Part shown: positions 41,386 through 53,380 of the stretch, in pieces
Numbering within the stretch: position 1 is the first letter of the stretch
How the letters are laid out: every line of letters begins with the position of its first letter
Assembly: GCF_037042905.1 (NCBI RefSeq)
Contig: NC_087245.1
Coordinates: forward strand, 23,190,001 to 23,254,000
Length of the DNA: 64,000 nt
Reading direction: 5' to 3'
Origin: Lytechinus pictus
Lineage: Eukaryota
Made by a program: the position numbers and the translations under genes
Notes under the pieces: model-generated
The model's input: only the letters and a program-made list of their open reading frames with translations
Databases searched by the model: none
Told to the model about the DNA's origin: nothing

Positions 41386-42578
41386 CAGTGGCGTAACTAC
41401 GGGGGGGCATGGGGGGGCACGTGCCCCCCCCCCCCCAATCGGCTGACCAAAAAACAAAAAAAACAAAAAAAAAACGGGGAAAAGGAGAAAAAGAGGGAGA
41501 AAGGAAGAGAAACGTAGTGGGAAAAAAGACATTATTGTTCATTATAATGTTATATTATTTCATAATAATATGTTATGTTATATTACATAAGAAACATTTT
41601 TCATAACTTAATGAAACATAATTTGCTCAGGGCCTATGTTTTCATTGCTCCTGATGCTCGCATTGTCTGTTTACCGAGATATATAACCCTGATAAAAACT
41701 AAAACCTCCCGTTTTCAAGTCAATATATACCAAACTGCCAAATATATTTCCTCGCACTTCGAGTTATTGTTTTATGTACAATAGTATGCCTCTTTTTCAT
41801 GACTAAAGTGATTGCCCCATTTTAAGGTCTTAATATAAAACATTTCCTGTCCGTGCTTACGTTAGCAGTAGCGGATTGGTGAAATATGTCTGCTCTCAAT
41901 GAATTCCTAGAATCAGTCCTTAAAATGTTCCTTTTTCTGATCTGAATATCAAAAATTTTCACCTCGCGCTTCGCGCTCGCACCGTTTGGTTAGTGAACTA
42001 CGTATGGTCTTCGTGAATTCCTACAAACAAGCCTTAAAATGCCCCTCTTCAGGTCTGAATTTCCTAAATTTTCAGCTCGCGCTTCGCGCTCGCAAGATTT
42101 GATTAGTGAGATGGGTATGTTAATCATGATTACAAGTGCTTTATGTGCATATGTTTAGATGTAATTCTAACAAAATCAGCAAGCGCTTATTGGCACTCGC
42201 ATTAGATGACTATGGTGAGATGTGTATACTCTTAACGGATTCCTAAAATATAGTCCTTAAAATCTTCCTGTTTGGGGTCAATATTTACAAAAATTTCAGC
42301 TCGCGCTTCGCGCTCGCATTATTTAGCGAGACAGGTACGTATCATGATTACAAAATAATTTTATAATGTCCTTTTTTAGGTCTGAATATCAAAAATTTTA
42401 AGCTCGCGCTTCGCGCTCGCATTATTTGACCAGTGAGATACATATCCGTTTAATGGCACTGTCCTTAAAATGTCTCTATTAGGTCAGTATACCTGGCAAC
42501 TGGGCGCGCTGCGCTCACTAAGTGACTCAAAATTTTTGCTGGTGCCCCCCCAATGCCGTGACCCACGGTACGCCACTG
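41386..42578. mobile_element. hAT-like non-autonomous element with internal tandem repeats
   Basis: TIR CAGTGGCGTA...TACGCCACTG; perfect 8-bp TSD TTTGTATA (41378-41385, 42579-42586); ~110-120 bp internal units containing GCTCGCGCTTCGCGCTCGC. Confidence 0.9.
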
Positions 42579-43139
42579 TTTGTATATATACTTCCCATCT
42601 AGCCGATTTGCAAGATCGGGTGAAATGACATTTGAAACCGGTTTCACAACATTTTTATTGATAAGGAATGGATTATTTATCATTAGAACAAGCAAAAAGA
42701 GATGGTTCGGGACATGTTTTTATTGTCCAAATTGAGTAGTTGTGTGACCCAATTGACGTCCAAATACTTTAGAGCTTTCCTGATGTTTGTGCACCTTTAC
42801 TCAAACTTTCATTAATCTTATCGTTCGACCTTTCTGCTTTCGCACAAGCTAACTTGTATCTGGAGTTCCATTCTCCTTTAACTTAGGCACGACTGGTCAC
42901 TTGTTCAGCGCTCGCAACCAAAGACCCACTTCGTCATATTACAATATAAAAGGCGAAGTTAATTCTTTTCACTCATATATGAGAATTAATACGAATATGT
43001 AAATAAAAAAAAACATGAACACACTAGCAAAAAGATGCAAGGCAGCATATTTCTTTTAATACGTTATAGGAACAATTATCAATGATTAGCATAAATAGGT
43101 GGTGTGGTGGTGGTAGTAATAACAGCAGAAATAGTTGTA

Positions 43140-43168
43140 TAGTAGTAGTACTACTAGTAGTAGTAGTA

Positions 43169-43226
<58 letters not shown>

Positions 43227-43239
43227 CAGTAGTAGTAGT
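43140..43239. repeat. (TAG)n microsatellite
   Basis: Direct inspection. Confidence 0.95.
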
Positions 43240-44239
43240 CGCAGTAGAGATTGGTTGAAAATTGCATTCCATCTAAATTTCATAACCACATACGAGCTAA
43301 AATCAAACAAATGACTGTCAGAAAAATATATAAGTATCATATCAAAATAGGTATGCCGCAGTATGACGTGGTATGAATGGTGGTAATCATGACATTTCTT
43401 GTCTACGATTTGCTCATTCATGTCATTATTCACATGCACATACCGTATTCCATAATAGATCTATGGTTAGGAGTCGTAATGGTACTTTACTTCAAAAACA
43501 GTGTGCAATGTAAAGCAAAATAAAAAAATAACTACAACAATAACCACCAGAGAACCCCCTCATTTACAAACTGCCGAGGACGTACATAAGCATGTATAAC
43601 TATTTTGTTAACATGGTGAAGAGCTTAAATTTAGCACTAGACCTGGACTCCAATTTCCCTACATACCCCACTAGTTTACACCTACATGTACATGTATAGT
43701 GAACTAGAGATAGGATATACTTACTCCAAGACATAAGGGTAGGCCTAATGCAGTACTGTCATACTGACAAAAGGAAATATCTCTCCAATAAGTGCTTCAG
43801 CATTCTGTATAATCTACAAGTGGCATGACAAATATCCTGATATTTTCCTAACAATCATTATACAGTGTATGTATGATCTCCAAAACCATTCTTTCCACTT
43901 CGGAAAAAATCAGATTAACAATTGTAAAAATATATCGACAATGCACTTGCGAATAACGATCGAGACAAGGATGTTCAAAGTCCCGATATCATGAGTATTA
44001 TAAACAAAGATTTAGTGGCAAATAAACAGAGGGCTATATAATTCGAAATTTAGAGACGGTCAATAAGAATGATAATTATCTGTTCTTGTATACTAGTATA
44101 TATAGCATACTTATCTGACACCTCTTTATGCTTCTAATTGAAGGACTTTGAATATTATCACATTGGCTTTAGCCCGGCATGTAATCTACTGGTTGCAATC
44201 ATTAATAGTAATGCTAATGATGTTAATAGTGATTATTAT

Positions 44240-44410
44240 TATAATAATGATAACAATAATAACAATAATAATAGTCATTCCTCTCAGATACTCATTTACC
44301 TAAAATGGGTCGAGTACGAAAATGTAGATTAATTTCTTGACTAGGGGCACGGATGCGGCTAGGGTTTAAACCTCGTGGATCAAATGCGTATTCCCTTGGA
44401 CAACCTGATA
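44240..44410 (-). mobile_element. Degenerate copy of the same SINE family
   Basis: Reverse complement of the core (CATTTACC...TGGGTCGAGT...TTTCTTG) next to an (AAT)n tract. Confidence 0.5.
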
Positions 44411-44529
44411 GACCTCCAGACTACCTTGGGACCTTGATCACTTACAAAGAGTGAATTTCATTCTGAATGTATTGCTCTACTTTACACTGCTGACCTTGCA
44501 TTTCCAGAACAAATATATGTATAGATTCA

Positions 44530-46080
44530 AGTGTCAATGCTAATTCAAGATTACTCCAAATAGCAGCACCACATATTCATCAATCTTTAACCCAAATTTC
44601 TAACTTAAGTATACAATGTGATGATGTACCAGAAGACTGGAAATTGGCTAGAACCACTCCAATCTATAAGGGAAAAGGTCCAAGGAATGAAGAAGCGAAC
44701 TATTGCCCAATATCTATCTTAATTCTTAAGGTGCTAAATTAATATACATTTTTTTGTTTAAATCTTGATTTTCTTTGAATGATTGAATTATTATGAATGA
44801 TTTTACCAGCCTAAATCTCATGTCTCAAAGTAATCTCTATTTTATTCTGGATGGATTACACATTTCAAAGGTTGTGTCTTTTTTTAATGTTCTATTATGA
44901 TGTCAATAATAATGAAAATATTTGTTGATGGAAATGAAATTAAACAAGTTAAATCAATACGTTATTTAGGCGTTGTAATACATGAAAATCTTAAATGGGA
45001 CATTCACGTCAACAACTTATGCAAATCCATTGGATTCAAAATCCGTTCCCTTGCAAAATTAAGACAATTTAAGTCCTTCTTTATTGAACACCCTTTATAA
45101 ATTTATAATACAACCATGCATCGATTATATATTACCTGTCTGGGGAAATACTACTGATAAAAACAAAAACAAAATTCATAGATTACAAAAAATGGCTGCA
45201 CGTTACATAACTGGAGACTCTGATCAAAATATTATCTTAAAACACTTGAAAATAACCTTGGACTGATATTGATGAAAGAAAAGAATACTTTCTTGCCACA
45301 AAAAATTGTAAATGTATACATGGATTAGCCCTTCACTAACGTTGTAATGACATCGAAACGGTCTGTGACCGAAATAATTACCATACAAGAAATGAAAATA
45401 GTCGATGTTCACTTATCAATTTTCAAACAAACTTTTAGATTTTCCGGTGCCAAACGATGTAACGACATACCCCATTTTATCCTATCGAAACATTTAAATT
45501 GATTTATAAGACGTTTTATTTAGATAATTAGTATGTTTTTTTTTTCATTTTACTCTTATTTTCTCTTCTTGATTGTGTTAATGATTTGGGTAATCCAATC
45601 TGATATAACTAAAGCTGTCTATTTGTCTATATAATATAATTCGTAGTCTAAGCAAACAAGTTTCCAATACTTTGCTAACAATATTCATTTCGATAATTTT
45701 CTACTTAAATCCAATGTATTATACTCAAAGATGATTATATTCCTTAATTTCTACTTTAATGAAATGTCATTATCTATATGATGATTTAATGTGTCAATGA
45801 TATCATACACTTTAATCTATATTTTACTGTGATTGTGTTGTCTATAATAACTTTCTCATTTCGCAGAATCCTAAAAAAATGTTATGTTGAAATTTTTTTG
45901 TATTAGTAATTTTTCTGATTTTTTTTTAATGTATTGAATTCATTGTTTGTATTCAACCTAAGTTACTCTATCTTATATGTATATATTGTTATTTTACGTT
46001 AACATGACCATGCTGAAAAACAGACAATCTGAGCTTGTTATCATGTATAAAGATATTTTAATACATATTTTTTAAATAAA
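44530..46080 (+). mobile_element. Decayed, internally deleted CR1/L2-group LINE (RT fragments + 3' UTR)
   Basis: VPEDWKLARTTPIYKGKG..EEANYCPISIL (44626-44721); KQVKSIRYLGVVIHENLKWDIHVNNLC; frameshift; LYKFIIQPCIDY..PVWGN...RLQKMAARYIT. The YADD core is missing. Confidence 0.85.
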
Positions 46081-46279
46081 TATATCATAATCACGAGATG
46101 CATGTACACGTATAACAAAGGAGAGACTACATTCAGTATCAGTATTTTTACGTTAAGGTCTGCGATTGAAGTAGTACTCAAAATTTACAAGAAACAATTA
46201 TTCTTGATATGTTTAGCATAACTGCCAGCTCCTCTTCGCATTGATTACTAATAATATGTTATAGGTATTGACTTCGTTC

Positions 46280-49200
46280 TTAACAGTAGTCGTGAAAGAT
46301 CCACTCAGTTGCTACAAGCCGGTTAAAGAATCCGACGTATTCAATATTAGAAATCGGATCTGTGTCGGTTACGTCTAGTTTAGCTGGTTGTCCGTAGTGT
46401 CCAACTTGGATCCGACCTCTGGCTTCGTACTCCACCCAAATCCGAGTGAAATCGGTCGTGGATAGTCCGAATCCGGTAGCCTTTTCTATCTGAGAGCAGG
46501 ACTCTGGCAAATCACAGTGATGTACTGTCACTCTGGCTTGTTCAAACAGAGTACCTAAAGCTTGAAAAATGAATATTATACAGTATTGGAATAGGCTAAA
46601 TACATGATGACAATGAATCTAACTGAACCAAGTAACCAATCCCATGATCCCTGACGGATTTTCGTAATGGGAATATCATTGTTTTATTCTCTTCTCTATT
46701 TGTGAAAAAAATCCTATGTTCTTTTGTTTTATTCTTGGTTTTCCCCTTTTCAAGCCTTCGAGGCTTTTGGACACCTTTTTCTTTCATTAATTCAATTTTT
46801 ATGTCATTATCTTAATGTTTCATAATTATACGTTAAAATGTACTATATTTGTATATTTTACTTGTATATATTATTGGCAGAAAGAAGCTGATGAAAACTG
46901 CTTATCTAATAAAAGAGAGCCAATGGAGTAAATTAGAGAATCAAAAGGGGCCTGAGCTTTCGGTCCTAACAAAATCTTCGTCGGAGAAATAAATGAGAGG
47001 ATTTTCACTCTCCCTTTAATGTCAATGTTGAAATTTGCTATGGGAATTAATGAACTATCCATGGCTAGTTTATTTTCTAGAAAAGTTTGTTGAACAGATA
47101 TCGCGACTCAAGGTCAATTATGCAAGAAAGGGGACATATAAAACAGATGCTTAGAAGCTCAGAAGCTTATAGATACAAGTAACAGAAATACGGTCGTCCT
47201 CTCACCTATTATTATCAAATCAATTAGTAAAGGGGAAATAAAGTTATAAACAAGAGATGCTTGAGACGTTTTACTCTATTATACCTCTATAATTCATTTG
47301 ATATCTAAACAACACCATGTAGGCCCACAATATCGTGGTGCCGCCCCTTGTTCGATACAGAAATAATGGTTTATCCCTTACTGATCTCATAGTAGGCGAG
47401 TGTTTGTTCTTCAGATCGATCTTGTGTCAAGAAGATTTTGGCAGACTTTTGCCCTTTGATGGAGACATCGAGATGAAGAGGGAAAGCGAGTATAGCTGGG
47501 AATTTGAACTGAATCGCATCTTTGTTGATCGTGGAGTATTTACATCCTAATGCAAAAAGAAATTTAAAAAACACCTCGGTTTCGTTGTTGAACACACAAC
47601 AAAAAAAGTCATGCTGCAAATGCGGTATTAGTGCTCGATTGAATGGGGTGTAGGTGGATACTCCATGATCCATTGAATTTTATAATATTCTTGGGAACGT
47701 TCCCGTCTTGTATAAGACTCCATTAAGACAAAATGCACACGTTGACCATGTTGGCCTTCTCCCATGTTCAGTTTCCCCCGAGACGAAAAAAAACCAAAAC
47801 ATTGAACTCCTGTTGAAGATCCACCATTGAACACTAATTGACATTTGGGACACATGGATTCAGGAAGCAAATAAAGCATATGGGACCGACCTATCAGGAC
47901 CAAATGCCAAAAGGGATTAACCGAGTATGTTTTTTTTCAATGGTTCGTCATCCACTTCCAATATAAATTTACTTCGAATGTCAAATTGGCAGATTACTGT
48001 TTATTCGATCGTTAAATAGGCCGAATATCTGAAACCAGCTTCAATCGAAGTCCGTCCCATTAAAACAAGTTTACCATTGGTCCCCAATGAAACCACTATT
48101 GGTCTAAATCGTTCCCCCATTGATTTCGACTGGTCCAAAATGTTCCCATTGTAACCAATTGATTCTTTCCATTGTCAATCTCAGTGGGATCACTGTCTAC
48201 TTGAATCCCATAGGACTAAGTTAAATAAACTGTACACTTGAAATCATATGACCTATTGAAATATACTATGACTCACTGGACAGATTGTAACAAATTGAAC
48301 ATATACAGTATACACTAGAATTTTAAAAAGTGCTCAGTTTGTTTCAATTGTGTTCTTCTTGGGATGCTGATATTTTGGTAAAGAGAAGAGACGTACCAGA
48401 GATGTCGGGTTCAGATGTAGCAATCCTGGCATTCGTGGTGCTTCTAGCCCACGTGGTTGTCACCTTAGGTGTGTTAGCTACAGTGGCCGAAGCAGGTAAA
48501 GGTGTCGAGAGGCCAGCTTGTGCAGAAGTTGGCCCACGCTGCTTCTTTGTTGATTTGGCAACAACTGTGGTACCTATAGTTTGAATGGCGTGCGGGAAAA
48601 TACAGAAGGTCTGTTAAAATCATTCGAGACTCACTATACAAGCGAGAACCGTCCAGAATATCGAAAGGTTCTAAAATGTATTTGATTGTCGCGTCGTGGT
48701 TTAGTGGTTCTGACTCTCGCCTTTCAAACAGAGGGTCATGGGTTCAATCCTAGCCATGGCGTGTTTTCCTTCAGCAAGAAATTTATCCACAATGTGCTGC
48801 ACTCGACCCAGGTGAGGTGAATGGGTACCCGGCAGGATTAATTCCTTGAATGCACCAAGCGCCTTTAGCAACTGGAGCTATACAGCCGGGGTAATATATA
48901 GTGTGCCATTGAATAGGCAACTAGATACATCGGCGCCTCATAAATGCTATATATTATTATTTATTGTCTTTGATTATTGGTATATTTTTCCATCAATGAT
49001 TATTTTACGTAGTATTGATGATGGCTCCCCCTTCCTTATCTAGGTTTGCATTGTCATGGAAGGCAAAATAGAGTACGTCGTAGTAGCCTTACCAAGGGTG
49101 ACAACTTTGGTTGATCGGCTTTTAGTGGTTGTTGATGGGACTTCCTGGCTCGTAGGGGCTGTGGTGGTATTAGCGGGAATATCGGTTGGAGAGCGGGCTT

Positions 49201-52200
49201 TGAAATCGACTGTAGATTGATCGTTGCGATGTCCCCCAAAAGATGGGATGGTAGATGCATGCTGCCAAGTATGAGTAGTACTCCCATCACGTCTACCGAA
49301 TGATCCCAATGGTGTCTTTGAACCAGCACCTGTTCCTCGACAATGTAAGGAGAAGCAAGGAATAACTTCATATTGAACACACGAAAAAATCAACTTCAAA
49401 CTTTATGAACTTATGGCATCAAAAAGTATTATTCCCATTAAAAAGATATGAATATGAATATTTAGAGCAGCAGTGAGCGAATAAAAGAGGTGTTTAAATC
49501 CGCACCTAACTCGTAAGGTATCCATGCATAGTCTCTTGTATTAAAAAATAATGCTGTTAGATCTTACCAGAGTATGAGCACACCATGTGACGATTTCCTG
49601 TTTTCTGATTGACCGGTATCCATGTCATTACCTCTGGCTTGGCAACCAAACGCGTGTTGCCGAGTGTCGGTGTACCAATATGGCCGCACTGTATCGCATT
49701 GCTCAAGAAACCTTGACATTGGTTGCTTCCGGTGACTATTGATAATGAAAATTTGGGAAGAATAGTGAGAACAATTAAAATAATGCAATTTAATCAATCC
49801 ATGGTCGTATGCAAAAAAGGGGGGAGGGCGAGGGTTAAAACATGCTTTTTCAGAAAATTGTATTTTATACAATACCCCCAATAAATTAGGTCACTTCGCT
49901 CATTCGCTTCACGGTAGGCATTTTTATTCTTGAACATCATTCACACAGGGTAGGCCTCAAGGGGTGGCAGCTAGGGGTGACCCTTGTAATTATGTAGTGT
50001 GGTGGGAAAGAAAATGTGAAAAAGAGGAATAAATGGGGGCAGAAAAGCAGAAAGAAATAATATAGTAGTAAAGGAATCTAAAACTGGTTTCACACCAAGG
50101 TACGGTCGCAGAGACCGTGAGCGACCGATGAAACTACCGTGATCATCCATTCATCTTTACGTAATTGCCCCCAGTAAATAATTCCTGTTTACGGCTATAA
50201 AATCATGCGTTCATGTACTTGTCCATGTATCTTGATTTTCTATTTGATGAACACAACGAAAACAAAATAATTATATCGACAGTTATTTTGACGGAGCTCT
50301 GTTCGCTGAACCCTCCCTGGCTCCCTGCCGGAGATAAATGTAGGCCAGTTCACTCAGTGCGTCAATAAGTCAAAACATGTGTATGAACACAGTGTAATCA
50401 CAGCTAGTGTGATGGCATGATGTGGTGTATGTATCACATAATTCCACACACTTGACACACAATTCAACGATTCTCACCATGTCATTTTTACTTAGTGATA
50501 ACGTCAAACACACAGTATTCACATAGTCAACAAAATAGAATCCGCAATTAAAAACTCTCTGAAATCCATTTGTCACAGTGTGCTCATGTGAATAAGATTA
50601 ACACTGTGTGACATTCGTTCAGACAGTATGTTTATACATTTCCACAGTGTACAAATTCTGAAGAATGTTGCCACTATGTGTTAGTATTCGTTCAGCACAA
50701 TGTGTTCATAGCATTATATAGTGTACACACTGTGAAGAAAGTTGCCACTATGTGTTAGTATTCGTTCAGCACAATGAGTTCATATAGCATTATTTAGTGT
50801 ACACACTGTGAAGAAAATTGCCACTATGTGTAGTATTCGTTCAGCACAATTTGTTTACATTGTGTACAATGTGAAGAAGATACTGTTCAGCATAGTGTGT
50901 TCATACATAGTTCCACAGTAGGCACGGCACACCTAGTGGGAAATAGAACCCGGGTGACTGGAATCCAAAACCCCTGCTCTTCTCTATAACTACACTTTTA
51001 TGAAGTCATTGTGTGGGTAAATTCACAGTGTTGATACACCGTGTACCATAGTGTGGAAACTTAATCCAGTTCGTCGCGATGTAACTATGTGAATACAGTG
51101 AAAAACACCTTACTGTCACGTTGTAAATCAGTGTTCGTTTGGGATGATTGGCCAAATTTAATTAGTCTATGTACACTCCTTTTTAAAAGGAATCCTCCAC
51201 AATATCGGAAACACCATTGAAAGCTCAACACTGAGTGACGCCATTCTCATGCAGTACCAGACTCATTGGGCTGGTGCTGCTTTTGTTTAACACCAACACT
51301 ATATTTTTCAACACCAAATTTGATACCTTACACACTTTGTCAAAGATAAGTACTTTCCCTTATCAGGCCCTTTTTGAAAGACCCTTATAAACAAAAATTG
51401 TAATAATAATAATAATACACTACATACCTGTAGATGAACTAGCGAGGTGTAAGACAGTAATGGCCAACAACGATCCCAATCTAATCCAGTCCTATAGAAC
51501 AGTGTATTGAAAAAAAAAACTTTTAAGCATTTGTACACAAAAGCTAGTTGGTTAAAAAATCAATTCACTCCTGCTCAATGTTTATTTCTACTTCATAAAA
51601 GGCAAAGTACAACCCAATAAGAAGTATACATTTTAATATAAAGAGAAAATCAAACGAATATAACCATGATGACACTGAAATAATCAACCAAATCGCGTAT
51701 TATAAGCCTATTTTGAACAGTGTGTAAATTATAATGTCGTCACGTACTCGCCATTTGTATTTGGATTTCATGAAATGAAATATGAATTATTCAATTTCTT
51801 ATATAGGTTTTCTAATTATAGATTCGATGGTAAAGATGATCTTAACCTTATCACAATAAATTACATAAAAAAATAATTTCAAAATATTTAATGAGGGATC
51901 AAACAGAATTCTGTATATTATTGGAGAAAACCCGGGGGGGGGGCAGTCAAATATATTTCTGTACACACGCGTGACCCCAAAAAACGCGTTTAAAGGGGTG
52001 TTTTTTTTTTTAATTTTGGACGCGGTCCGCGCGTGGACTCGTTAAGGGTATAAAAAACACCGATTTTCAAGAAAAAGGGTGGTTTTGAAAGACTGGTCAA
52101 TGGTCAATCGCGGGGTCAAACGTATTCAGGGTATTTTTTCCCCAACGCTTTTTTTTTAAAGAATAGCCAAACGTGTTTAGGGTATGTTTTCCCCCCAAGC

Positions 52201-52564
52201 TTTTTCCCCGAGGTCATATTTTGGCGACAACTTGTTTAGGGGCCAAAATGTGTAAAAAAAAAAAAAAAAGCCCGCGAAAAACTTGATTAGGGAGTACTTT
52301 TGCACACAGAGAAAAACTCGTTTAGGGGTGTTTGGAAATTACTTGGTCACGCGTGTGTACATCAATAAATTTGATTGCCCCCCGGGGGAGAAAACTTGAC
52401 TGACGTTTGATATATTATATGATATACAAGAGACATATTGAGTGTGTGACATCATTGGTTACCTCGTTTGGCTTTCACATGTGACCATTGGCGGCGGAAG
52501 CCAAAAAAATTAAGGGGGTCCACCTGAAATTTTGTGATGGACACATGTAAAAAAAATTTTGACA

Positions 52565-52600
<36 letters not shown>

Positions 52601-53289
52601 TTATCAACTAAAAATTTAGGGGGGACCGTCCCCCCACCTCAAATTTAGGGGGGGGGGACCTGTCCCCCCCCCGTCTATGCATGTGACTACTGATGTGATA
52701 TGCAGAAATCGCAACTGTACCAACTTTCTTATTTTGCGATTAAGATTGAATGTTATAATTTTTTTGGCATTTCTCTATCCTTCCAGATCATCTTTTATTT
52801 GGGGGTAGATTTGACCTTTAAAACTGATACAATTAAGATTTCACAAATGAAGAATTAGAAGATATGAAAAAAAGAATGTTATTTTTACATCAAAACAGGC
52901 AAAAGTATAAATTAATCAATAATAGCAGCGTGCGTTGGAATACATTTCCATAGCAGTGTTGACGCCAAACTTTGGGTATGTGAAGGTAAAAGTAAGGTCC
53001 CAATAAAAGCTGAATGACTTTCTTTTGGCATATTTAGCAGTTTAGTCAATTAAGTTCCTCACCTAATTTACTTACATTTAAATAAAAGCTGAAATACTTC
53101 TATAGAATTTGTTGACTAATTTGAAAGAGGCTCAACGTGACGAAATAATCGGGTTTTTTTTCAAAGTATTACCGATTTAAAATATAATCATGAGTTTTTC
53201 TATAGCGGTTTCCTCTTCTTGTACTAAGTTTGAAATCAATGACATAAAATTCCCAAATTATTGTAGTGATTAAGTTTAGTACTTACCAT
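46280..53289 (-). CDS. Secreted protein: signal peptide + Thr/Ser/Pro-rich stalk + divergent Methyltransf_FA (FAMeT-like) domain, 7 exons, 362 aa
   Basis: Exons: 53289-53287 (ATG|GTAAGT), 51491-51428, 49735-49568, 49329-49093, 48573-48397, 47546-47382, 46554-46280 (1089 nt, no internal stop, all GT-AG). N-terminus MDWIRLGSLLAITVLHLASSST. C-terminal YYEI...FTRIWVEY..GRIQVG...DTDPISNIEYVGF...EWIF resembles the FAMeT-type domain (recognised by eye, not by HMM). Confidence 0.8.
48690..48965 (+). mobile_element. tRNA-derived SINE, same head/core, different 3' tail; antisense in an intron of the FAMeT-like gene
   Basis: A box GTGGTTTAGTGG, B box GGTTCAATCC, core CGACCCAGGTGAGGTGAATGGGTACC, tail GCGCCTCATAAATGCTATATATTATTAT. 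Confidence 0.85.
50323..51130. mobile_element. Longer relative of the CACAGTGTG-rich MITE with a ~70-80 bp internal tandem repeat
   Basis: Starts CCCTGCCGGAGATAA, matching the copy-2 terminus; three units TTGCCACTATGTG(T)TAGTATTCGTTCAGCACAAT at 50668-50850. Right end uncertain. Confidence 0.55.
51931..52386. mobile_element. CCCGGG-terminated MITE with 8-bp TSD
   Basis: TSD GGAGAAAA (51923-51930, 52387-52394); TIR CCCGGG(G)nCAGTCAAATATATTTCTGTACACACGCGTGACC with inverted counterpart. Superfamily not determined. Confidence 0.85.
52486..52679. mobile_element. Short hAT-like element with 8-bp TSD
   Basis: TSD CATGTGAC (52478-52485, 52680-52687); termini CATTGGCGG...CCGTCTATG; related fragment at 16261-16433. 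Confidence 0.8.
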
Positions 53290-53344
53290 GTTAACAAATT
53301 GGGTTTCATTCAAGACAAATCGTCGTCAATGCTGTTTTCAACCG

Positions 53345-53380
53345 AACTAATTGAAAGTCCCTGAGAACAATAAACTTATA
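53345..53380 (-). promoter_or_regulatory. TATA-like box plus initiator for the secreted FAMeT-like gene
   Basis: Minus strand TATAAG (53380-53375) lies 32 nt upstream of the A in Inr-like TTAGTT (53350-53345), ~60 nt before the ATG|GT of exon 1. Confidence 0.55.

Larger units (their letters stand above)
51597..52820. mobile_element. Old degenerate family-A MITE hosting two younger insertions, in intron 1 of the FAMeT-like gene
   Basis: Left AAAGGCAAAGTACAACCCAA, right TTGGGGGTAGATTTGACCTTTAA; degenerate internal similarity to family A. Confidence 0.65.

Noticed and set aside
43024..43439. Poly-Thr and poly-Leu ORFs
   Set aside because: Artefacts of the (TAG)n microsatellite.
48330..48584. 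Plus-strand hydrophobic 84-aa ORF
   Set aside because: Antisense shadow of the Thr-rich exon 5 of the minus-strand gene.
50660..50880. Three ~37-bp repeats with short intervening segments
   Set aside because: The intervening segments are also similar to each other; it is a tandem repeat inside a MITE-like element.
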